Position numbers and translations under genes: made by a program. From a virus (taxonomy: Duplodnaviria; Caudoviricetes), in IMG/VR virus record IMGVR_UViG_3300020375_000001, positions 1-64,000 of that record: DNA of 64,000 nt. One strand, given 5' to 3'. The notes beneath the pieces are model-generated. The model was not told where the DNA came from. It ran no database searches and saw only the letters and a program-made list of their open reading frames with translations. This document shows, piece by piece, positions 27,938 through 35,783 of the stretch (within the stretch, counting starts at the first letter, position 1; the number at the start of each line of letters is the position of its first letter).

Positions 27938-28711
27938 TTATCCATTTACAGAGGACCATCTGTCGGTAGTGACGGAATAGGTCTTTGCCAACTGCACAAT
28001 ATCCCCGCGTTGCTCACTCCACTTTTTCCAAAAGTTACGGCGCATTGAGAGACGAGATTTACATGCCTTAACGCGACCATCCATACCTTTGGTTAATAGA
28101 CTACTTTCACCTTGCGTAAAGCTAGTTGAAACTTTGGTGTTAATCAGTTCTTTAAGTTTATCTAGTTCGGCCTGTAGCTGCTTGGGAGACCAGTTGACTA
28201 TCGTCGTTAATTCCTCTTGGGTATACTCGGCTATAACAGGAATCATGGGACGGCCGTCGGCACTGGCAAGTACTTTTTCCCAGCCCTCAATAAGTCCCTG
28301 TAGTTTCTTAGGACTAGAAGTAATGACGCGACCTTCCACGATGTGCAGCTCTGCCTCATCAAACATGCGGTTGAAGCGGTACCATAGTGACCAGTAGTTG
28401 GTTGGTAAGGTAATGGATTTCTTTTCCTCACCCTGCTTACTCTCCATGGTCTTTATGAAGTACCCTACTTCTAAGCGGGTGTCCATACTACCAATGCTGT
28501 GGTAGTAGTTTGGATTACCCCCAATGACACTCCAGCCCTCAACGTAAACTTTCTTACCCTTTTCCTCAAATACATCATTATCCTTTTTGAAGACGTAGAC
28601 GTACTTGTTTTCATTTAAAACGTCCTGTGCAATACACAGGGCTTCACGGATTGATATTTGACCCCACTGAGAGCTTTGAAACTCCTCAATGATGGCTAAT
28701 TCATTTTTCAT
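27938..28711 (-). CDS. Hypothetical early protein
   Basis: 257 aa; AATAAAAGGAAA RBS. Confidence 0.75.
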   Translation of the reverse strand: MKNELAIIEEFQSSQWGQISIREALCIAQDVLNENKYVYVFKKDNDVFEEKGKKVYVEGWSVIGGNPNYYHSIGSMDTRLEVGYFIKTMESKQGEEKKSITLPTNYWSLWYRFNRMFDEAELHIVEGRVITSSPKKLQGLIEGWEKVLASADGRPMIPVIAEYTQEELTTIVNWSPKQLQAELDKLKELINTKVSTSFTQGESSLLTKGMDGRVKACKSRLSMRRNFWKKWSEQRGDIVQLAKTYSVTTDRWSSVNG

Positions 28712-28789
28712 TATCTTTTCCTTTTATTTAAAGATTGATTATTTATGGTGGTTATTTTATCGTCGCCTATGACCAACATAACCCACTCT

Positions 28790-29110
28790 CTATTCCAATA
28801 CAGGCATCATGATACTAAGGTCTACCTTAGCCCCGTTATCCATGTAAAGGTTGTAGGCTATACGCCCATGTAATTTACGTTCAGGGTTACAGTCATCAAA
28901 TGACTCACCTAAACATGCTTGTAAATGTTCCAAGAACAGCTCTGCTAATGTCACGTAATGGCAATAGTCGTCTGTCCAAGGTACCGCAATTAAATCTAAG
29001 TCTTGTTGAAGACTCCCGTGTATCGCCAACGTATACCCGTTCTCTCTTGCTATCTGACACAGGCCCGGATATAGGGTTGCGTACATAGGGGCATTAGTTG
29101 CTTCTTTCAT
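28790..29110 (-). CDS. Small nucleotidyltransferase-like protein (start re-called at 29110)
   Basis: IHGSLQQDLDLIAVPW resembles the GS..DxD motif; AATAAAAGGAAA RBS. Confidence 0.5.
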   Translation of the reverse strand: MKEATNAPMYATLYPGLCQIARENGYTLAIHGSLQQDLDLIAVPWTDDYCHYVTLAELFLEHLQACLGESFDDCNPERKLHGRIAYNLYMDNGAKVDLSIMMPVLE

Positions 29111-29284
29111 TACTTTCCTTTTATTTAAGTAAATGTATTTTCTAAAATACGTAGCCGTAAAGGCTTCTTGTTTTAGGCCTAAACCCACTTAAATGATATA
29201 TGTTTAAAAAATGTTAACAGTTAAATGCTACCATCAGTAAAGGTTTCTCGTATAAGATAAAAAAATAGAGTAAAATTCCTAAGA

Positions 29285-29317
29285 CGTCATAAGGGAGGAG
29301 CTTTCGCCCCTCCCTCA
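29285..29317 (-). terminator. Hairpin + TTATGACGTCT; 29-nt core identical to 47025-47053
   Basis: GGGAGGGGC-gaaa-GCTCCTCCC TTATGACG. Confidence 0.7.
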
Positions 29318-29320
29318 CGA

Positions 29321-29393
29321 TAGTTGACACTTGCAGTTTAACAATGTGTGGTTGTCAAGTTTGCGTGTGGTCAACTGCTTGTATCAACTATTC
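29321..29393 (-). ncRNA. Structured 3'-UTR stem-loop, candidate sRNA
   Basis: 11-bp + 6-bp stems enclosing a loop with two ACCACAC copies. Confidence 0.4.
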
Positions 29394-29396
29394 GAA

Positions 29397-30740
29397 TTAT
29401 TTGTAATTCGACAGTGATTTGTTACAAACCACAATAGCAGCACGTACAGCAGCCAAGCTGGTGTTAGTGATGGTAGTATGTGGTTCTGCAGACCAAGTGG
29501 TGAACGACTTAACGAAGTTCATGGCCGACTTAGGATAAGCACGGATTTCAGACGTTACGTCTTCCAAGCCACCTTCAGCTTTCTTCAAGCTGTCGCCATT
29601 CTTTTCGATGTCAGAAACCAGACCTTTGATGGTCTTGATGTTCTTACCGCGTTCCCAGGCTTCGATGCCGTCAACGATGTCAATACAGATATCTACGATA
29701 CCTTTGATTTCATTGATAGCCAGAGTCTGTACGTCATGCTCATCAACTGCGTCTTGAGACTTCTCAAGAGTTGACATAACGCGAACGGTACGAGCACGTT
29801 GTGCTTCAGCTGTACCAAGGGCACCGCTGTTTTCGTCACGTTCAACACCCTGTACGAATACAGACATGTTACCAGGCAGGTTCACAGAAGAGATGGTAGC
29901 ACCATCAGAGAAACGACGGTCTTTGCCTTTGAAATCAGAAGCATCAAATGCTTTCTTGATTTTGTTGAAGTCGTCGTCGAAGCCGTGAACTTTGGCCAGC
30001 GCAGAAGCGTGTTGTTCTACAGTCCAGTCTTTACCAGGCTTGTACTCTTTCAGACCACCTTTAATAACTTCACCGCGTGCGATGATGCATTTGGTGTAAA
30101 CGTCGAACAGACCATTAACAACAGTCTTACACGTTTCCAAGGCATCTTCGATACCTTTAGAAGAAGACGGAGCAACGTTGTTCACAACCAGAGGGTTGAT
30201 AGAAGAACCTACTTCAGTCTTACTTTCTTCAATTGATTTGTCCGTGTAGCCATCAGCACGTTCACGAAGAGCGATAAGTGACTTACGCAGACGCGGCAGA
30301 GCGCCGAAAATGTTGTGGAAGAAGTTATCAACACGTTTCCAGATTTTGGCAACGAATGCTTTGATAGCTTTCCAGATATCCTGAGCGATGGTTTTGATAC
30401 CTTCGACAGAGATAGTAGAACCTTCTGAAGATTCCAGACCCGGAGTCAGTGCAGCGCCGTCGTACTCAGTACCGGCCATTGCGATGTCACCAGCGATGTC
30501 AACCAATTGCATTTCCATTACTGTAGCAGATTCGATGCTTGCAGTAACGTCAGCCAGGTTTTCAAGGCTAGTAGCCAGGTCGATGTAACGGTCACATTCG
30601 TCAGAAAGGAATTGTACATCAGCGTGTGCTTCCATAGAAGCAACGATAGCCTGTGCTTGACCTTCTTCGCAAAGCTCAGGACGTACCGTAGGAGCTGGAC
30701 CAGCAGTTGCTGTGCCAACGATTGAATTTAAATGACGCAT
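29397..30740 (-). CDS. Internal head protein (phiKZ gp93/SPN3US gp53-54 family)
   Basis: Propeptide with repeated SxE sites (ASME, TSLE, ASIE, ISVE); C-terminal SLAAVRAAIVVCNKSL. Confidence 0.8.
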   Translation of the reverse strand: MRHLNSIVGTATAGPAPTVRPELCEEGQAQAIVASMEAHADVQFLSDECDRYIDLATSLENLADVTASIESATVMEMQLVDIAGDIAMAGTEYDGAALTPGLESSEGSTISVEGIKTIAQDIWKAIKAFVAKIWKRVDNFFHNIFGALPRLRKSLIALRERADGYTDKSIEESKTEVGSSINPLVVNNVAPSSSKGIEDALETCKTVVNGLFDVYTKCIIARGEVIKGGLKEYKPGKDWTVEQHASALAKVHGFDDDFNKIKKAFDASDFKGKDRRFSDGATISSVNLPGNMSVFVQGVERDENSGALGTAEAQRARTVRVMSTLEKSQDAVDEHDVQTLAINEIKGIVDICIDIVDGIEAWERGKNIKTIKGLVSDIEKNGDSLKKAEGGLEDVTSEIRAYPKSAMNFVKSFTTWSAEPHTTITNTSLAAVRAAIVVCNKSLSNYK

Positions 30741-30827
30741 TATGCGTTCTCCAATTTAATTCAAATGACATAGGGGAACCGAAGTTCCCCTAAACCTTTT
30801 ACCAGTTAACTAGCTATTACTAACTAA

Positions 30828-32141
30828 TTACTCGTATTGACCCAGAGACTTGTCACATACTTCAAGAGCAGCACGAGCAGTCGCCAGAACAGAACCAGTC
30901 AGTTGGTTAACTGGATTTTGGTTTGCACGCTGTGCAGCAGAGTACAGAGACTTAGATACTTTCTCAGCACCTGCACCGGCAGTTCCCAGAGATACTTTAT
31001 CGAAAGCTTTACCAACTTTCTCAGCAGCGCTGTCTGCTTTTTCCAGGTTCTTCGCGTGTTTGAAGTAATCGCTTTCAAACGCGATGATAGACTCAGCCAG
31101 AACAACGATGTTCTCAGCGATGTCTTTAACTTTACCAGGCTCGATTGCATCGAACTTCTGGTCGTCAGCAATCTTAGGTGCTTTACCGTCACCAGGGAAA
31201 GTGAATTCAACGTTGTACTTGTCGATAGCAGACTTCAGTTCAGTCATGTCGCCAGCTTTGTCAGCTTTAGCAACTACGAAAGTACGACCGCCCAGCAGTT
31301 CACCGTCAGGGAAGTCAGTAACCAGCATGGCCAGAACGTCTTCGCCCATGAACTTACCAGATTTGAAGAACTTGTCGGCATCAGAACCTTCCAGGTCTTC
31401 TTTAGGAGCACCAGCTACTTTGTCAAGCAGACCAGCAACGTCACCACCGAAATCACCAACGCGCTTAGCGTGACCACGGTATACGCCGTCAACTACTTTA
31501 GCCAGTTCTTTGATATCGCCAGCAAGTGCAGGGATGTCAGCTTTGCCATCTTTACCAGCAAGTGCTTTAGCAGCGCCGCCCAGTTTGATTTCTTCCTGGT
31601 CGTCTTTCTTAGTGCCTTTTTTGTCGACAGCTTTCTTCGCGATACCTTCAGCACGCTTCTTCAGCATTGCCGCGCCAGAGAATACTTTCTTGAACCAAGC
31701 GAAAACTTTTTGACGAGCTTCTTGGAATTTCTTAACCAGGAAGTCCCAAAGCTGCTTAGCTTTGTCCTTGATGGCTTCAACAGAAACCTGAGTCGCTTCA
31801 ACGCGAGTACCAGTGCCACCGAAAGATTCAAGAGACGCTACAGAATCTTGAGCAGACAGACCAACACGGGCCATGTGTGATTCAACAGCTACTTCCAACA
31901 GGCCAGCAGCTTGACGGTCAAGACCACCGTCTTCGATTGATGCTGCAGCTTGGTCAGCGATGCTTTCCAAAGAACCTACAACGTTTTCCAGGTCGGCACA
32001 AAGAGCGTTATCGCCTTCGATTTGCATTGCTTCAACAGAAACTTCTTCAAGGATGCTTTCCAGACCTTCGCTTCCACCGACTTGTACGCCAGCATATTGA
32101 GTCTGGGCGATTTGTTTACCGATATTTGCTAAATTACGCAT
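30828..32141 (-). CDS. Internal head protein, paralogue of 29397-30740
   Basis: VSVE, GSLE, ASIE, ASLE sites; C-terminal ATARAALEVCDKSL. Confidence 0.8.
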   Translation of the reverse strand: MRNLANIGKQIAQTQYAGVQVGGSEGLESILEEVSVEAMQIEGDNALCADLENVVGSLESIADQAAASIEDGGLDRQAAGLLEVAVESHMARVGLSAQDSVASLESFGGTGTRVEATQVSVEAIKDKAKQLWDFLVKKFQEARQKVFAWFKKVFSGAAMLKKRAEGIAKKAVDKKGTKKDDQEEIKLGGAAKALAGKDGKADIPALAGDIKELAKVVDGVYRGHAKRVGDFGGDVAGLLDKVAGAPKEDLEGSDADKFFKSGKFMGEDVLAMLVTDFPDGELLGGRTFVVAKADKAGDMTELKSAIDKYNVEFTFPGDGKAPKIADDQKFDAIEPGKVKDIAENIVVLAESIIAFESDYFKHAKNLEKADSAAEKVGKAFDKVSLGTAGAGAEKVSKSLYSAAQRANQNPVNQLTGSVLATARAALEVCDKSLGQYE

Positions 32142-32153
32142 TTTAACTTTTTC

Positions 32154-32693
32154 CTATTTGTTGCAACAAAGTTGGTTGTGTTTACCGAATAAAACGATTA
32201 ACGTACATAACATATCGTTCACACCGTTTGGTTGTTGTAACCAGCGAGTGTATACGGACTCACACGGTTGTGACGTGCGTTCCATACGTGTCGGATTAAT
32301 CGGGGGTAAATATTTGAGAGGATGGAATTCGAATTTCTCATCTTCTCCAAGGAAATCCATCAATTGACTAATGGTGGAAATACCCATAGTCCGGTGTCCC
32401 GTCTCAATGAATTTGACGGTATCTTGAAGGAAATCATAATTATAGTCAGATTCACTAACAAGAGCACGTCGTTCATATAAGGAAGACAAATGACTAATGG
32501 GATTAGGACCAAGAAGAATCTTAGCCGTATGCACCATTCGCCCGAGGAAGTCCATAGAAACCTGTTTGCGAGTACAAGTACGGTACTCAAGTGCGAGAGC
32601 TTCTACTTCAGGGACAGCTAGGACGGGCAATTTCTTACCCGCCGATGGTTGACCAAAGCAGAAGCCGAATGGGCTTGCTACTGGTTTACTCAT
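32154..32693 (-). CDS. Virion-associated protein (gp91/92-like position)
   Basis: 179 aa, head-protein operon synteny. Confidence 0.55.
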   Translation of the reverse strand: MSKPVASPFGFCFGQPSAGKKLPVLAVPEVEALALEYRTCTRKQVSMDFLGRMVHTAKILLGPNPISHLSSLYERRALVSESDYNYDFLQDTVKFIETGHRTMGISTISQLMDFLGEDEKFEFHPLKYLPPINPTRMERTSQPCESVYTRWLQQPNGVNDMLCTLIVLFGKHNQLCCNK

Positions 32694-33570
32694 CTTCTAG
32701 CATCTCCTGAGTTTTGTACTGAAGCTTTTGAACACGAGCTTCGTAACGCTCAATAACTTCTTCAAGCTTCGCATCTTTCTTACCGCTACGTTCATTACGT
32801 AGGTAGACCAGTTTAAATTCAAGAAGTTCTTTCTCTTCTTCAGCCTGACGTAAACGATGCACCTGCCACTTAGTCCAAGCCATACGGATATGGTAGATAG
32901 GATTCAGACGAGCACTGATTAACCCAAAGCTGTTAGGGTCAATCTTGTCCAGTCCAACCGTTTCACGAACTGCCGCAGCTGACTCAGGTTTAACCTGCAT
33001 ATCTGGAATGGCTTCCAATTCCTTTTTCAGAACTTTGTCGTTCTTCAGGTTTGCCTTAACACAAACCAAGAAATCGTTAAAGCGCTTACGAACCCAGTTC
33101 AGGTCACGAGACAATGCTTTGTCCGCAGCTTCACTTGAACCCATAGCTTCCAGACCGTAAACCACCAACAGTAAACGACGAGCGTACATGGACATGAAGC
33201 TCATGGACTCGATGTATTGGTTGATGTTTACTTTCAGGTAGGTCATACCGTCGCGAACCACGTCATTGGAGTAATGCTTCTCTACTAAGTCAATAATGGA
33301 ATTGACGTTCGCAGTGCTCTGCTCTAATGCGGCTCGAGTAAGTAGAACAAGGTTCTTAGCTTTATGGTCCACTCTACGGTCTACAATTTTTTGCAGCTCT
33401 TGAACGTCTCTCGACTTAAAGGTGTAGTCCTTACTAAAGAACTCTGACGCACTTACAAAAGGAGGAATGGACTTACCGTCCAATTCCTCTTTAAGATTAC
33501 GCAGGTCTTCTTTGATAGACACCTTTTCCATAGAGGGCAACATTGAGCGAAGATAATTTTCGACTTTCAT
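32686..33570 (-). CDS. Inner head protein (gp90-like)
   Basis: 294 aa helical protein, synteny. Confidence 0.6.
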   Translation of the reverse strand: MKVENYLRSMLPSMEKVSIKEDLRNLKEELDGKSIPPFVSASEFFSKDYTFKSRDVQELQKIVDRRVDHKAKNLVLLTRAALEQSTANVNSIIDLVEKHYSNDVVRDGMTYLKVNINQYIESMSFMSMYARRLLLVVYGLEAMGSSEAADKALSRDLNWVRKRFNDFLVCVKANLKNDKVLKKELEAIPDMQVKPESAAAVRETVGLDKIDPNSFGLISARLNPIYHIRMAWTKWQVHRLRQAEEEKELLEFKLVYLRNERSGKKDAKLEEVIERYEARVQKLQYKTQEMLEDE

Positions 33571-33582
33571 GTTTACTCCAAT

Positions 33583-34647
33583 TTAGAATTGTGGGGAATT
33601 ACCAAGCTGATAAGCTTTCAGAATTTCACCAACATCCGGACCAGTACCCCTGTTCAATGACTTGAGTTCTTTTACGGCAAGTTCGGTTGGTTCTTCAATA
33701 CCACGATGGTAGATAGTGAGTTGTTCCCACTCAGTGTCAATGACCATTACAATCATTGTCAGAGTGTTTTCGAACATACGCTCACGGTCCTTAAAACGTT
33801 TCAACTTACCACCTAAGTCTTTTTCAACTTGGCGACGAGTTGCTTCGCTCATAACGACCATGGCAGAGGCATTGTTCACCGAAGGCTCACCGGAGAAAAT
33901 ACCGGCAATGCGATTCTTAGTACGGCGATTGGCTAGCGTTGCAATCGTACCGTCCTTGTCCTGCAACATTGCTTTCTTATTCGCATCAATGAGGTCGCTG
34001 CAGAGAACAATATCATGCCAGAACGAAAGTTCACGAGCATCCCATTGCAAGTAACGCATACGGGCACCGGTGTCTTTCGCCTTTCCGGCCATAAGCTTAG
34101 TAATCGCGTCCGAACCCGTGCTCTTAACACGTAAGCGGATGGACACATCAATATCAGCTTCATGGCCATTTTCTTTAATCTGAACTTTCAGCATTTTGCC
34201 TACTGATAAGTTCGATGCATCTGCTAATTTAGCATGTGCACCAGAATCGGTTTGGGCACTGGATTCACCTCTTCGGTTACCACGTGCTTCCATTGATATC
34301 GTCGGTAGGCCAACATCATATGACTCCATAGATAAAAAGTTGCCTAAGGCAGACTTAACTGGAGAACGCTCAGTGCTTAACTTATCGAGTAACTTAGTTA
34401 CGTCGATGCTGCCGACATTAGTAGAAATGCTCACAGCTTGTAGATAGTAGCCTGAGAAGATGCTTACCAAAGAGTGTAAAGCATCGGTGATGTATGGTTG
34501 CTGACGAAGAGTTTGGTCTAAGATGACTACCGGCTCAACACGAGTATCTTTAGTATACTCGATTAGCGATTCTGAAGTAGCACTTCGCATCAGGTCAGAT
34601 ACACGCCCTACGACCGAAAGGGTAGTATCTACACTTTCCTTATACAT
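33583..34647 (-). CDS. Inner head protein (gp89-like)
   Basis: 354 aa; LSME and ISME cleavage-like sites. Confidence 0.6.
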   Translation of the reverse strand: MYKESVDTTLSVVGRVSDLMRSATSESLIEYTKDTRVEPVVILDQTLRQQPYITDALHSLVSIFSGYYLQAVSISTNVGSIDVTKLLDKLSTERSPVKSALGNFLSMESYDVGLPTISMEARGNRRGESSAQTDSGAHAKLADASNLSVGKMLKVQIKENGHEADIDVSIRLRVKSTGSDAITKLMAGKAKDTGARMRYLQWDARELSFWHDIVLCSDLIDANKKAMLQDKDGTIATLANRRTKNRIAGIFSGEPSVNNASAMVVMSEATRRQVEKDLGGKLKRFKDRERMFENTLTMIVMVIDTEWEQLTIYHRGIEEPTELAVKELKSLNRGTGPDVGEILKAYQLGNSPQF

Positions 34648-34670
34648 GTTGGTTTTCCCCTAGGAGTTAG

Positions 34671-35771
34671 TTGAAAATGTCTGATAATAAATACGACGAC
34701 CTCGGTTACCGAAACCAGTCGGCTGTGCGCGATGCCGTATCAAAGGCTGGGAGTTCCAGAGGGGAACTCACCAAGGCGGCGACTAATGCGTTTTACGGCT
34801 TCAACCATCGGAACATTGGTGTTCAGGTTAAACCGAATAGCGATAACCACGGGTTAACGTTTTTTACCCGCCCTAGACTAAATTTGTCATATGATAATAT
34901 TGCTGGGGTACGTAACTTTGCACCTTTGCTCACCGGAGACCCCCTAACACTACCTCGTGCAATACGGTGTATACTAGACCCAGTCTCTCATAAGGGGGTG
35001 GAAAAATCGCACATAAGACCAATACAGTGTCCTATGGTCGACCCACAAAACCCGTTCATCCCATTACTCTCTAACTTATTAATTAGCATGAGTGGCTGGC
35101 CAGATTCGGTAATGGATACACATACCTCGCCTAACGGTCTTGCTAATGAATCGTGGAGTATGATTGATTCACTCCCAATGGATTACAGCACCAACGACAT
35201 TACCGCAAACTTCCGAAATATGTCTGGTGACCCAATCAGTCTACTGATGCATATTTGGACGCAGTATGCTTCACGGGTGTCAGAGGGTAGTATGTTACCG
35301 TGGCCAGAGTGTATTGCCGAAAATGAAAAAGACTACGATACTCGCATATACCGTTTGGTATTAGACCAGCGTCGTAAGTACATTACGAAGATTGCAGCCT
35401 GTGGCTACGGGGCACCTTACGTAAACCCATTGGGCGCTGCGTTCAACTTCGACTCGTCCCAACCGTTGATTCAGGATAACCAAGAAATATCTGTCCCGTT
35501 TAAATGTAGCGGGTGGATTTACAATGACCCCATTCTGGTTATTGAGTTCAATTCCTTGGTTGCAGAGTTTAACCCTAGTATGTCTAACCGTTTCCGCGAT
35601 ACGCAAATGGTTAAATTACGAGACGAGGAAAAGGACTACTTTAACTTCCGTTCTTACCCACGCATCAGTGAGGATGGTAACATGGAGTTAGAGTGGTGGG
35701 TTAACAAGCACCTTTACCTTGAATCAGCCGCTGAACTAAAACAGTTCAGACCAGAACAGTATATTAAATAA
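34671..35771 (+). CDS. Virion structural protein, possible baseplate/tube-initiator (gp88-like)
   Basis: 366 aa, synteny. Confidence 0.55.
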   Translation: MKMSDNKYDDLGYRNQSAVRDAVSKAGSSRGELTKAATNAFYGFNHRNIGVQVKPNSDNHGLTFFTRPRLNLSYDNIAGVRNFAPLLTGDPLTLPRAIRCILDPVSHKGVEKSHIRPIQCPMVDPQNPFIPLLSNLLISMSGWPDSVMDTHTSPNGLANESWSMIDSLPMDYSTNDITANFRNMSGDPISLLMHIWTQYASRVSEGSMLPWPECIAENEKDYDTRIYRLVLDQRRKYITKIAACGYGAPYVNPLGAAFNFDSSQPLIQDNQEISVPFKCSGWIYNDPILVIEFNSLVAEFNPSMSNRFRDTQMVKLRDEEKDYFNFRSYPRISEDGNMELEWWVNKHLYLESAAELKQFRPEQYIK

Positions 35772-35783
35772 GAGGATTCAGTA

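Noticed and set aside
29478-30725. Antisense ORFs over the second internal head gene
   Set aside because: Same shadow effect
30837-31880. 347-aa plus-strand ORF antisense to an internal head gene
   Set aside because: Shadow of strongly biased codons; no SD, and the composition is not protein-like
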